This document shows, piece after piece, positions 24,576 through 34,618 of a stretch of DNA of 39,393 bases. A model generated the notes under the pieces. The model was not told the DNA's origin. It saw only the letters and a program-made list of their open reading frames with translations, and ran no database searches. The position numbers and the translations under genes are program-made. How positions within the stretch are numbered: position 1 is the stretch's first letter; every line of letters begins with the position of its first letter. The stretch covers positions 1 through 39,393 of the forward strand of contig JBGAGQ010000060.1 in NCBI GenBank assembly GCA_044226625.1, given 5' to 3'. This DNA comes from Thermoanaerobaculia bacterium (GTDB lineage: Bacteria; Acidobacteriota; Thermoanaerobaculia; Multivoradales; UBA5704).

Positions 24576-26613
24576 TGTCACTTTCGAGCGCCAGAGCGCG
24601 CCGGTACGCCTCGCGGGCGAGCGCCGTCTCGCCGGTGCTGCGGTAGAGATCGCCCAGATGCTCCTGCACCGAGGCGTCCCGCGGCATCAGCCGGGCAGCC
24701 CTTTCGAGGAGCGTGCGCGCCGTGGGGTACTCCTTGAGGCGAAACCGGACCCAGCCGAGCGAGTCGACGTAGGCACCGTTCTCCGGATCGAGCGCCACGG
24801 CCTTGAGGATCATGGCGAGCGCTTCGTCGAGATTTTCGCCGCGGTCGGCCCACATATACCCGAGATAGTTGAGCGCGGAGTGGAAATCGGGCTCGATCTC
24901 GAGCGCGCGGCGGAAGGCGTCGATCGATTTCTGCGTCTCCCCGCTCCGCTCCAGGGCCGCCCCGAGCAGGAACCATCCCGCCGCGAGATCCGGCTTCGCC
25001 GCAGTGAGCTTGTTGAGGATCGGCAGGCCGTCGGCGTAGCGCTCGAGCCGTTGATAGACCTGGGCCACCGCGAAGGCGCCGCCGGGGCCCGTCGCTTCGA
25101 TCTTCGCAAGCTCGGCCTTCCCTTCCGCTTCGCGGCCGCCGCGCAGGAGCAGCTCCGCCCGCTTGGCGGCAAGCGGCGCCGAAGGCGTCCCGGAGCCGAC
25201 GTAGCTCGCCAAGAGATCGAGCCCGGCGGCGGCGCCACGGCTTTCGTTCTGGGCATCGACCGCGAAGAGGATCGCCCGTGACCGGACGTCCTCGTCGCTC
25301 GAGGTCAGCAAGGGCTTCACCGCCTCGCCCACCCGAGCCCATGCCTTCCCGTCGGAGAGCAAGCCCGCGAGCTCCAGCCTCGCCTCGTTCGATTCCTCTC
25401 CCTTGCCGGCCTCCGCGGCCGCGCCCGCGGCGGTGAGCAGCGATTTTTCGGCGTCCGCGAGCCGCCCGGCGCGATCGAGGCAGCGCGCGAGCGCGAGCGC
25501 CACCGGCAGATCGTCCGGCGCCTCCTTGGCCAGGCGGGATAGCACCTCGATCGCCTCGGACGTCCGGCCGAGGGCGGCGAGGATCATGCCGCGCAGACGC
25601 AGGAGGTACCGGGTCGCCTCGGCCGAGGCGTTCGGCTCCCCCTCGCCGGGGCGGCCGGCCTCCGCGCCCGGCGCCTTCTTCGCCTCACCCAGCAGCTCGT
25701 CCACCAGGCGGAGTGCCGCCTCGAGGTCGCCCGAGAAATAGAGAACGGAGGCCAGCTGTCGCCGGATCTGCGGATCGCCGCGCACCTCTTCCGGTGCCTG
25801 CTCCAGGAGCTTGCGGGCTCCCTGCAGATCGCCGCGATGCTCCAGGAGATCGGCGAGCGTCGAACGGGCCTCAATCGATTCCGGATCGGCCCGGACGAGA
25901 TCGGCGAGAGCCCGCTCGGCCTCGGCGGTCTGCTGGGAGCGCAGCAGCGACTCGATCAGCAGGCCGGCCGCCATCCGATTGTTCGGCACGAACTTGATCA
26001 GGTCGGAGAACAGGTCCGCCGCTTTCTTGGCTTCGCCCCGATCGAGGTAGATCCGACCCAGGGGGATGAGCGCCTGGACGTCCGCGGGAGCTTTGGCGCG
26101 CAGCGATTCGAGCACCGCGACCGCCGCGTCGAGCGCGCCGGGCGAGCGTCCGGCGAGGGTCAGATAGACCTGGCTCGCGGTACGGAGAAGGTCGACGTCG
26201 TCCGGGGCGAGATTTTGCGCCCGATCGATCAAGGCCTTCGCCCGCTCCGCGCCCCCGGCTCCCGCCGGAAGGGGCGATTGCGAGAGGCGTGCGAGCAGCA
26301 GGGCGTGCTCGGCGAGGATGAACGGATCGTCGGGCGCGAATCCCTCCGCCTCGGCGAACCAAGACAACGCCTCCGCCCACGCGCCCTCGGCGGCGAGGGA
26401 TTTGGCGATCGCGAAGCGATAGGCGCCTTCCAGGAGGTCGTTCTTCGGGGGGGTCGAGGTCGTCGGAGCCACCGGAGCCGCGTTCGTCGCGCCGGTCGCG
26501 ACGGCAGGCGGACCTTGGACCGCGAAAGCGGGATGCGCGGACCGACCGACGAGGAAGAGCAGGCTCAGGATGCAGAGAACGAGGTGGGAAGCGAACATCC
26601 GCGCGAACCGCAT
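24529..26613 (-). CDS. Exported tetratricopeptide-repeat protein
   Basis: Signal peptide, many TPRs, C-terminal ALNYLGYMWAD...AYVDSLGWVRFR...EHLGDLY. Confidence 0.92.
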   Translation of the reverse strand: MRFARMFASHLVLCILSLLFLVGRSAHPAFAVQGPPAVATGATNAAPVAPTTSTPPKNDLLEGAYRFAIAKSLAAEGAWAEALSWFAEAEGFAPDDPFILAEHALLLARLSQSPLPAGAGGAERAKALIDRAQNLAPDDVDLLRTASQVYLTLAGRSPGALDAAVAVLESLRAKAPADVQALIPLGRIYLDRGEAKKAADLFSDLIKFVPNNRMAAGLLIESLLRSQQTAEAERALADLVRADPESIEARSTLADLLEHRGDLQGARKLLEQAPEEVRGDPQIRRQLASVLYFSGDLEAALRLVDELLGEAKKAPGAEAGRPGEGEPNASAEATRYLLRLRGMILAALGRTSEAIEVLSRLAKEAPDDLPVALALARCLDRAGRLADAEKSLLTAAGAAAEAGKGEESNEARLELAGLLSDGKAWARVGEAVKPLLTSSDEDVRSRAILFAVDAQNESRGAAAGLDLLASYVGSGTPSAPLAAKRAELLLRGGREAEGKAELAKIEATGPGGAFAVAQVYQRLERYADGLPILNKLTAAKPDLAAGWFLLGAALERSGETQKSIDAFRRALEIEPDFHSALNYLGYMWADRGENLDEALAMILKAVALDPENGAYVDSLGWVRFRLKEYPTARTLLERAARLMPRDASVQEHLGDLYRSTGETALAREAYRRALALESDNALEVKKKLSELSRR

Positions 26614-26840
26614 TTCGGCAGAGTAACAGCGCCTCCGCCGCTTGCCAAGCCGAAGTGGTGCCCCTATGATCTTGTCCTCTGCGCTTAACTGAAGCGCACT
26701 CTATGATTTACCCGCCTCTTGGAGACGTCTCCAGGATTCGCCCGACCGAGGCGGCGGAGCTCGACGATTTTGCCGACGCCGAGCCGGAGCACGCCTCCCG
26801 ATAGAGGTTGACGAGGATCGAAGTCGAGCGACGAAGCGCG

Positions 26841-28451
26841 GTGGCCAAGCTAGGACAGATCCTGATCTCGCGCGGTTGGATCAACCTGCCGCAGCTGACC
26901 CGTGCGCTCAAGACCCAGGGCGTCGTCGCCGGGCGTCTCGGAACCTGCCTGATGGAGATGGACGCGCTGTCCGAGGAGAACCTCGGCAAAGCGCTGGCGG
27001 AGCAGACGGGCCTGCCGATCGCGACCCTCGAGCAGCTTCGGGCGGTACCCGACGAGGTGATCGGCGTGCTGCCGTCGAAGATCGCCCGCCGCTGCCGGGC
27101 CGTGCCGTTCCAGCTGATCGGCAACCGTCTCGACGTCGCGATGCTCGATCCGAGAAACCTTTCCTGTCACGACGAGGTGGCGTTCGCCTCGGGCCGGAGG
27201 GTCCGGGTCCACGTCGCCCCGGAGGTGCGGATCTTCGAAGCGCTGGAGCGCTATTACTCCGAGGAATGCCCGTCGCGCTTCACGCTCTTGCTCGACCGGC
27301 TGAACCGCGCCCGATATCTGTGGAAAGAGGAAGAAAAGGATTCGCATCGGGACGCGGAGGCGACGAATCCGCCTCCGCCGCCGGTGCGCAACCGGGAGCG
27401 GGCTCCTCTCGGCCTCGACCGGTTCCCCGACCTGCCGATCCTCGGCGGCGAGCGAACCGCGGGGCCCATGCTGGACCTGCCCGTCGCGCCGCCGAAAGGC
27501 GGCAGCGGCCTGTTTCCCCTGGTGCGACCGATCGGCTCTTCGGGCCCCCCGAATCCGCACGGTGCTTCGACGTCCGCCCTGCGCCCGTCGGAGCGAGGGG
27601 AGCGAAAGGCTCCCGAGGTTCCTTCGGTATCGGCACCACTGTCCGCACCGGCCCTTCTCAAAGCCAAGCCGGCCGCTCCGCCCGCCGCGCCCGCGCGTTC
27701 GACCGGGGCCAACCCGGCGGCCCCACACGCCCCGACCGTCCCGCGGGTGATCCCACTCACCGCCGAAGAGCGGGCCGATCTCGAGCGCTTGGAGCGGCCT
27801 CCAGAGGAAGCCCCCACAGACCGGGTCGGAAAAGGAGCGGCCCAGGAAGCCAAGAAGACGGACGAGGCGCGCCCGGCGGCTCCCAGCCCACCACCGCGAC
27901 GGGAGCCCCCGCCGGCGATGCCACCGCGCGTCGCCGCTCCCCCCGCTCCGCGTCCCGCCCCGGCGACGGTCGAGGAGCTGGCCCAGGCGCTCGCGGCGAC
28001 CACGGAGCGGGACGTGCTGGCCGAGCTGGTGGTCGACTTCCTCGCACGCCGTTTCGATCGCGCGGCCGCGTTCCAGGTCGCGCGCGGCCAGGTCTCGGGC
28101 TGGCGAGCACGGGGTAAGGACGTCGATCCCGAGGCCTTCGCGAAATACCGGGTGGGGCTCGATCAACCCTCGGTCTTCCTGAACCTCGACCGAGGCAGCG
28201 GCTTGCATCTCGGACCTCTTCCCCCCATGCCGGCCCATCTCGAGCTCGCGAAGTGCTGGGGAGGCGCCCTCCCCCAACGCGCGATGATGCTCCCGATCCG
28301 CATTGGCGAGCGGCTCGTCGCCGTGCTCTACGCCGACGGCGAGGACAAGAGTTGGAACGGTTTCGGAATCGACGTGCAGAACCGCCTCCGAAGCGCCTTC
28401 ACCGGCGCCTTGGAGGGCTGCATTCGGAAGCGCCGCGGCCTCGGCGCGTGA
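26841..28451 (+). CDS. MshEN/T2SSE_N domain protein without ATPase; Pro-rich linker, GAF-like C-terminus
   Basis: KLGQILISRGWI...LTRALKTQ...RLGTCL...LGKALAEQ; IARRCRAVPF...VAMLDP; no Walker A. GTG start at 26841. Confidence 0.85.
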   Translation: MAKLGQILISRGWINLPQLTRALKTQGVVAGRLGTCLMEMDALSEENLGKALAEQTGLPIATLEQLRAVPDEVIGVLPSKIARRCRAVPFQLIGNRLDVAMLDPRNLSCHDEVAFASGRRVRVHVAPEVRIFEALERYYSEECPSRFTLLLDRLNRARYLWKEEEKDSHRDAEATNPPPPPVRNRERAPLGLDRFPDLPILGGERTAGPMLDLPVAPPKGGSGLFPLVRPIGSSGPPNPHGASTSALRPSERGERKAPEVPSVSAPLSAPALLKAKPAAPPAAPARSTGANPAAPHAPTVPRVIPLTAEERADLERLERPPEEAPTDRVGKGAAQEAKKTDEARPAAPSPPPRREPPPAMPPRVAAPPAPRPAPATVEELAQALAATTERDVLAELVVDFLARRFDRAAAFQVARGQVSGWRARGKDVDPEAFAKYRVGLDQPSVFLNLDRGSGLHLGPLPPMPAHLELAKCWGGALPQRAMMLPIRIGERLVAVLYADGEDKSWNGFGIDVQNRLRSAFTGALEGCIRKRRGLGA

Positions 28452-28503
28452 GGTAGAGTCTTACGCCGTGAGAGCCGCAAGTGCATCCTTTTCCGTGATT
28501 TCG

Positions 28504-28532
28504 TTGACACCCCTGGGGGGCGTTGTTATCCT
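28504..28532 (+). promoter_or_regulatory. Sigma70 promoter of the HU/IHF gene
   Basis: TTGACA (28504-28509), 17-nt spacer, TATCCT (28527-28532) with an extended TG. Confidence 0.75.
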
Positions 28533-28553
28533 CGACCCCAGCTCGGAGCCACG

Positions 28554-28820
28554 ATGATCAAGTCGGACATCGTCGAGAAGATCGCCGAATCATCGGACGT
28601 ACCACGCGTCAAAGCCGCACAGGCGGTGGACACGATCATCGAGGCGATGAAAAACGCCCTCTTCGAGGGAAAGCGCATCGAGTTGCGCGGTTTCGGGGTC
28701 TTCCAGGTGCGCGATCGCAAGAAGGGGGTCGGGCGCAATCCGAAGACCGGCGTCGAGGTCGCGATCAGTCCCGGCAAAACGGTCCGCTTCAAGCCCGGCA
28801 AGGACCTCAAGAACCTTTGA
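28554..28820 (+). CDS. HU/IHF family DNA-binding protein (IHF-beta-like)
   Basis: MIKSDIV...RIELRGFGVF...GRNPKTG...VRFKPGKDL. Confidence 0.96.
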   Translation: MIKSDIVEKIAESSDVPRVKAAQAVDTIIEAMKNALFEGKRIELRGFGVFQVRDRKKGVGRNPKTGVEVAISPGKTVRFKPGKDLKNL

Positions 28821-29905
28821 ACGGCGTTCCGCCGTCCGATCCCACGGCGAATTCCGCGGCTCCCCTCGACCCGCCGCCGGGGCCGATCGAACCCCATCGT
28901 CCTCCCCACTCGTGGAGGAGGAGCGAGGACGGTAACGTCGTTCGACGCCCGCTGATCGAGCTCCTCCCTCCTCCCGGGGTTTTCCCTCGGCCGAGCCCAC
29001 CGCGCTACGCCCGCGCGCTCGCTCTGCTCGTCGCCTCGATCTTCACGACCACGACGCTCGGCGCGGTCTTCGTCCTCGAGACACGCACGGACCGGGTGAG
29101 CAACTTCCTGATGGTCCTCCTACCGAGCACGGTGCGAGGGGTATGGAGCGATCCGTGGCTGCTCCGTCAGGGGCTCTGGTTCTCGACCACGGCGCTCGGC
29201 ATCCTTCTGGTCCACGAGCTGGGGCACTACGTCGCCTGCCGGCGCTACGGGTTGCCCGTCACCCTCCCCTATTTCCTGCCGACCCCGATCGCGCTCGGCT
29301 CGTTCGGCGCGTTCATCCGCATTCGCGCGCCGCTCTCGGACAAACGCGAGCTGTTCGACGTGGGCGTCGCCGGGCCGATCGCCGGCTTCGTCGCGCTCCT
29401 GCCGATCGCGTTCTGGGGGGTCGCCCACTCGCGGGTGGTGGCGCTTTCTTCCGTCGTGGGCCCTCCGGGGACCGGCCTCTCGGTACCCGGCGAGCCGCTG
29501 CTGCTCCAGCTCGCGATTCGCTGGTTTCACGGTCCCGTGCCCGCGGGCTCGATCGTCGAGCTCCATCCCGCGGCGCTGGGCGCTTGGTTCGGCCTGTTCG
29601 CCACCTCGATCAACCTGCTGCCGTTCGGCCAGCTCGACGGCGGGCACGTGCTGTACGCGGCGTTCGGCAAGCTCCAAAGGAAGCTCGCCCGCCCCCTCTG
29701 GCTCGTCCTCGCCGCGCTCTCGTTCTGGTCGATCAACTGGATCTTCTGGACCCTGCTCACCCTGGCGATCGGCCTCTACCATCCCCCCGTGCGCGACGAG
29801 CAGACCCGGCTCGGGCCGGGGCGGATGGCGCTCGCGGCCGTCGCGCTCGCCATCCTGATCCTGTCGTTCACTCCGACGCCGCTCGAAATGCTGCCGATCC
29901 GCTGA
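28817..29905 (+). CDS. Site-2 protease (M50) intramembrane zinc metalloprotease
   Basis: HELGH, LPYFLP, GAFIRIR, AGPIAG, NLLPFGQLDGGH. Probable TTG start overlapping the HU stop (TTGA). Confidence 0.92.
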   Translation: MNGVPPSDPTANSAAPLDPPPGPIEPHRPPHSWRRSEDGNVVRRPLIELLPPPGVFPRPSPPRYARALALLVASIFTTTTLGAVFVLETRTDRVSNFLMVLLPSTVRGVWSDPWLLRQGLWFSTTALGILLVHELGHYVACRRYGLPVTLPYFLPTPIALGSFGAFIRIRAPLSDKRELFDVGVAGPIAGFVALLPIAFWGVAHSRVVALSSVVGPPGTGLSVPGEPLLLQLAIRWFHGPVPAGSIVELHPAALGAWFGLFATSINLLPFGQLDGGHVLYAAFGKLQRKLARPLWLVLAALSFWSINWIFWTLLTLAIGLYHPPVRDEQTRLGPGRMALAAVALAILILSFTPTPLEMLPIR

Positions 29906-29911
29906 AATCTC

Positions 29912-32329
29912 CTATTTGAAGTAGCCGGTCACGTCCACCACGAGGTGCGAGGTACCGGACCCGGAGAGCACCGTTTGGACGTCGAGGCTTCCCGGATTGG
30001 CTCCGGTAAGCCCCAAGATCGCGTTGTTCGCGCGCACCTGGCCGGCGCTGAAGTTGATCGTCGAAACGACCGGCGGCGTCGACCCGCTCGGGAAAAGGAT
30101 CAGGTTTCCGAGACTCGTCGGGGAGATGGCGGTGACGTTCGCCGCCACCGCCATCGCGTCGGCCGGGACGCCGCAGAGACCGGCTACCGGGAAGGTCCGA
30201 ACCGTGCCGCCGACGAGCGCCGGGCCGCCTGAGGGGCCGTTCGCGTCTCGGGTATCGGCGATCCGGCACGGGGTGAGTGGATAGAAGCCCGAAACGGGCG
30301 CCGCCGCGACCAGGGTGAAATCGACGTTGCCGATGTCGAAGAAGACGTTGCCCACGCAGCTCACCCGGACCCTGGCCTGGGTCGTCTGCTGGTTCGGCAG
30401 CGTTACGCTTTCCGATCCGTCGTTCGGGGTCGAGGCGGCGAGCGACGTCGGAAAGGTCAGCCCGTCGTCGGTCGAAAGGTCGATCGCCACGTTCGCGCAG
30501 GAGATCGGGGCGGCCGCGGTACCCGCCACGTCCCAGGTCACCGTCTGGTTGCTGCCGGCGTCCCACGTTACGGCGGTGTTCGGCTGCGTTACTACGAACG
30601 GCCCGGCCGCGGCGTTGACCGTCACCGAGGTCGAGGCGAAGTTGACCCCGCCGCCGCCCGTCCGGTTGTCGCGCGCGGTCAGGCGAAACGTCATCGTCCG
30701 GTTGCGGGTGGACATCGATTCGCCGAGCGTCGCCGCGTTGGCCAGGATGTCGGAAAGGCGCGGGAACGTCCGGCTCGGCACGAGGAGCGGTACGAACGAA
30801 CGGAAGATCGGCCGCACCGCCGCCACGTCGTCGTTCGGCGGCGCGGCGGTCCCGAGGTCGAACTCCTCCCACATGTAGGTGAGCGCGTCGCCGTTCGGGT
30901 CGGTTCCGGAACCGGTCAGGGTGAACGGCGTCTGCTTCGGAATCGTGAAGGCGGCACCGGCGTTGACCGTCGGTGGCTGGTTGCCGGTCGCCGTCGTGAC
31001 GGCGCACGAGCTGCCGGTGGCGCCCGTCGAAAACGCCACGATCTGATCGAAGCTCCGGGTGTGGAACGTGTCGTCGCTGTGCGGCTGGAGGTCCTCGGCG
31101 CCGCAGATCCCCGCGTAGGCCATGATCGTCGTGCCGCTGCCCGGCTCGTAGGCCGAGCCGGCGCTCCGGTTGCCGCCGCCGCAGTTGTTGGTGGTGCCGT
31201 TGAACGTGTGTTGGCCGCCGAACTGGTGCCCCATCTCATGCGCGACGTAGTCGACGTCGAAGGGGTCGCCCACCGGATTGGACTGCCCCGTCACCCCGCG
31301 CGCCTTGCTCGCCGTACAGGGCACCCCCAGGTTGGCCACGCCGCCGCCGCCGGTCGAGAAGACATGTCCGACGTCGTAATTGGCCGTGCCGATCACCGTG
31401 TTCAGATTCGACTGGTTCTCCCCCAGCATGGTCCCGCCGCTGCCGTTGGTGTAGGGATCGGTCGTGCCGTCGGTGTAGACGATCAGGTTGTTGTTGGCGA
31501 CCATCACCATCCGGATCGCCACCTCGCGCTCGTAGATGCCGTCCACCCGGTTGACCGAAACCACCTGGGCGGCCAGTGCGCAGGACACGGCGGCCGGGTT
31601 CGGCGCGCAGACCGCCGCCGAGTACTCGCCCGTCGCGGCGACCGCCAGCCGGTAGGTTCGCAGCTGCGTGCCCGAAGCGGCCCGCGGCACGACGAGGTCG
31701 GGCGGCCCGGATCGCGGCGAAGCCGACGCGTCCGCCTCCCCGGCGGAATCGTCGCCCTTTACCTCGCAATGGAAGGAAGGCGCGCCGGGGCTTCGCCGCG
31801 CGTCGCCCTTCCAGTACGAGAGAGCGAGGTCCCGCTCGCCGGGGACGTACGGATCGACCAGGACGGTACCGGCCGCGGAGAGGACCATGGCGTGGAAGCC
31901 GAGCGAGGTCACCGAGAGCCGCGCCGTCGCGGTCGGATCGTCGACTCCCTGGGCGACGTAGGTATGGATGTCGGGAAATTGCGCGGCGAGCCCGGGCTCG
32001 AGGATCGGCGACTCCTCGACCCGGAACCGCGGGGCCGTGCCGTCGGGATAGGGCAGGGAGAGGATCAGCGGCGCGCTCCCGGCCTCCACCGACCGCTCGG
32101 CGGGCGCTAGGGCCAGCCAACGGTCGAGCTCGGCGGCGTCGACGCGCACGATCCGGTAACGGACCGGCAGCGGTCCCTGCCCCTCGCGCGAGGGGAGCGC
32201 GTCGCCCGCCGGGTCCTCGAACCACCCGGAGGGAGCCTCGGATCCGCGCGCGTCGAAGCTCACGGAGGCGAGACCCAAGGCGAGGACAAGAGCGAGACGG
32301 TACGGCACGGAGGTACGGCGGTCGAACAT
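29912..32329 (-). CDS. Secreted reprolysin-like (M12) zinc metallopeptidase with Ig-like and C-terminal beta domains
   Basis: Signal peptide; RTYRLAVAATGEY, HEMGHQFGGQH, Met-turn GTTIMAY; C-terminal FYPLTPCRIADTR...VVDVTGYFK domain. Confidence 0.93.
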   Translation of the reverse strand: MFDRRTSVPYRLALVLALGLASVSFDARGSEAPSGWFEDPAGDALPSREGQGPLPVRYRIVRVDAAELDRWLALAPAERSVEAGSAPLILSLPYPDGTAPRFRVEESPILEPGLAAQFPDIHTYVAQGVDDPTATARLSVTSLGFHAMVLSAAGTVLVDPYVPGERDLALSYWKGDARRSPGAPSFHCEVKGDDSAGEADASASPRSGPPDLVVPRAASGTQLRTYRLAVAATGEYSAAVCAPNPAAVSCALAAQVVSVNRVDGIYEREVAIRMVMVANNNLIVYTDGTTDPYTNGSGGTMLGENQSNLNTVIGTANYDVGHVFSTGGGGVANLGVPCTASKARGVTGQSNPVGDPFDVDYVAHEMGHQFGGQHTFNGTTNNCGGGNRSAGSAYEPGSGTTIMAYAGICGAEDLQPHSDDTFHTRSFDQIVAFSTGATGSSCAVTTATGNQPPTVNAGAAFTIPKQTPFTLTGSGTDPNGDALTYMWEEFDLGTAAPPNDDVAAVRPIFRSFVPLLVPSRTFPRLSDILANAATLGESMSTRNRTMTFRLTARDNRTGGGGVNFASTSVTVNAAAGPFVVTQPNTAVTWDAGSNQTVTWDVAGTAAAPISCANVAIDLSTDDGLTFPTSLAASTPNDGSESVTLPNQQTTQARVRVSCVGNVFFDIGNVDFTLVAAAPVSGFYPLTPCRIADTRDANGPSGGPALVGGTVRTFPVAGLCGVPADAMAVAANVTAISPTSLGNLILFPSGSTPPVVSTINFSAGQVRANNAILGLTGANPGSLDVQTVLSGSGTSHLVVDVTGYFK

Positions 32330-32669
32330 GAAATGGCCCCCTGGACGCGCGACGAGAGATCACACGAATGATGGTTTTTTCATCGAATCTTCATAAAGCG
32401 CTTCGAACACCCGCTTGGCCCGAATGATTTCAACATTTTTCTTTCCATCCGGCTCGCTTTCGACGCGCTGCCGCACACCTCTCTTATAGCGGGACAAAGC
32501 AAGCTCTGAAACCAACCCCTGCCAGGCTACCGAATGGTATCCGACGGGGAGGCCCGTGGTCGGGTCTCGCTGACCCCGATCCCACCGTCGAGCGGTCGCC
32601 GCCCTTCATCGGGAAGGGCGTACTCGCCGCGCGGCGGCGCCCTACTCAGCCGATTCCCTGGAGGAATCT

Positions 32670-33533
32670 ATGCGGATTGGAAGTGTGAAGTCGGTTCTGG
32701 CTCTGTCCTGCGGCCTGGTCGCCATGGCGGCGAACGCGGCTCCGGACGCGGTGACCCAAGGCGCTTCGGCGACCAACCCTCGCGTGGTCTATACCCGCCC
32801 GAAGGGCTGGCAATCGAACGATCGGGTCAAGGCCGTCAACCTTACGTACCACGGCGGACCGACGATCACGAGCGCGAAGGTGGTCTACATCTTCTGGGGC
32901 TCGGCGTTCTGTGTCGGCGGCGTCTCCCGCTCCTACGCGACCACCCTGCAGGCCTATCGCAACCAGCTCGGCACCACCCCCGAATACAACGTGATCACCC
33001 AGTACTCGGGCATCCTCCAGTCGAACCTCGGCACCGGCACGCCGGACCTCTTCGATTGCACCAACCCGCCGACCAACGTCACCGATTCGGCGGTCCAGAG
33101 CAAGGTCAACTCCTACATTTCCGCGTTCGGATTCAACGCGAGCACGATCTACGAGGTGGTCATTCCGAAGACCTCCTACTCCTCGAACGGCGGCAGCACC
33201 TCCTGCGGCGGCCCGAGCCTCGCCTATTGCGCCTACCACGGCTGGATCGGCAGCGGCGCGAGCGCCAAGAAATACTCGATCGAGCCCTACCCGAGCTGCT
33301 CGGGTTGCAAGGTCACGGGCTGGTCGGACGTGCAGAACGCCGAGCACTTCATGGTCCACGAGACCCGCGAAGCGGTGACCGACCCGACCGGTACCGGCTG
33401 GTGGGATTCCTCGGGCCAGGAGGCGGACGACAAGTGCGCCTGGTCGCCGGCACCGTTCCTCGGCACCGGCGGTTACGCCTATCAGTGGGAGTGGTCGAAC
33501 GCGGCCTCGGCCTGCAAGAAAACCCTACCGTAA
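32670..33533 (+). CDS. Secreted Phi-1/EXORDIUM-like protein
   Basis: GGAGG RBS, signal peptide; LTYHGGPTI...VYIFWG, YCAYH, HETREAVTDP..GW, EADDKCAW. Confidence 0.8.
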   Translation: MRIGSVKSVLALSCGLVAMAANAAPDAVTQGASATNPRVVYTRPKGWQSNDRVKAVNLTYHGGPTITSAKVVYIFWGSAFCVGGVSRSYATTLQAYRNQLGTTPEYNVITQYSGILQSNLGTGTPDLFDCTNPPTNVTDSAVQSKVNSYISAFGFNASTIYEVVIPKTSYSSNGGSTSCGGPSLAYCAYHGWIGSGASAKKYSIEPYPSCSGCKVTGWSDVQNAEHFMVHETREAVTDPTGTGWWDSSGQEADDKCAWSPAPFLGTGGYAYQWEWSNAASACKKTLP

Positions 33534-33564
33534 ACGATCCGAGCCTCTCTCCGAGGCCTTCCTC

Positions 33565-33596
33565 GGCCCCGGCGCCTTCGCTCCGGGGCCCTTTTT
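33565..33596 (+). terminator. Intrinsic terminator
   Basis: GGCCCCGG...CCGGGGCC stem followed by CTTTTT. Confidence 0.8.
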
Positions 33597-33772
33597 ATCG
33601 TTTCTTTCACTCGCCCTTGGCCACCCTGATTTTTAACTCGATTTTCTTTTCTTTTTCGTCTCGCTTCAGGCCTCCATGAGCACACCTTCTTGATAGCGGG
33701 ACCGATTGGAAGATCGATCGCGGACCCGCTCGCAGCCGAAGTCGAGATAAACCTTTCCAAGGAGGAAACGTC

Positions 33773-34498
33773 ATGAGGTTTCAAGGGTCGAAGTGTGTCC
33801 TCACCGTCGCCGCACTCTGCTTTCTCGTCGCGCGTGGGGCGTCCGCGGATTACTGCATCAACAAGGACCTGATCAACCTCGGCCCCCCGGCGTACGACAT
33901 CGCCGCGTTGATCTCCGGCAGCCAGCCGATCTCGTTCCATTACGACGGCTGGGCGGGCGGCACCTTCTCCTCGTTCACCGTCACGCCCTCGGGCTCCGAC
34001 GAGCTGCTTCACTGGCAGAATCTGAACGGCTCGAACGATCCGATCCCGACCGGCAGCGCAACCGGTCCGGCGCAGATCCACGTCGGCTGGTGCACTGTCA
34101 ATCCGAACGACCTGCTCAACATGTATTGGACCGATCTCGCGGGCAACGAGATCCCCGGCAGCATCGTCTACCAGATCAGCGGCCACCAGTCGGGCAGCCC
34201 GATCGCCGGCGTCCAGTGGGACAACGCGACCAACCACCCGATCACCGTGACCAATACCTTCTATTCGCTCTCGCGGACGCCGTGGAAGCTCGCGGCGCTC
34301 AATCGCGACAACAAGGTTCTGGTCCAGAACCTCCGCCCGCTGCCTGGCGGCAAGAACTTCACCGTCGCCTCGCGCTCGAGGGTCGAGCTGCCGCTGCCGG
34401 AAGCCCGTTCGGGCGACTGGGTCGTGCTGGTCCACAACGTCACCGGCTCCGAGAGCCGCGCCGTGGTGACCGACTTCGTCCAGTTCCAGCTCCGGTAG
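33773..34498 (+). CDS. Secreted beta-rich hypothetical protein (241 aa)
   Basis: AAGGAGG RBS; signal peptide ending ASA; strong codon bias. Confidence 0.85.
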   Translation: MRFQGSKCVLTVAALCFLVARGASADYCINKDLINLGPPAYDIAALISGSQPISFHYDGWAGGTFSSFTVTPSGSDELLHWQNLNGSNDPIPTGSATGPAQIHVGWCTVNPNDLLNMYWTDLAGNEIPGSIVYQISGHQSGSPIAGVQWDNATNHPITVTNTFYSLSRTPWKLAALNRDNKVLVQNLRPLPGGKNFTVASRSRVELPLPEARSGDWVVLVHNVTGSESRAVVTDFVQFQLR

Positions 34499-34618
34499 CA
34501 ATGCCTTTCGGGGCGGCACGGCCCACGTGCCGCCCCCGACCGGACCGCTTCGGGGCGTCGCGTATACTGTAGGAACGCTGCTTTTTCACGGCCAGCGCCG
34601 ATCAGGAGGCGATCCCCA

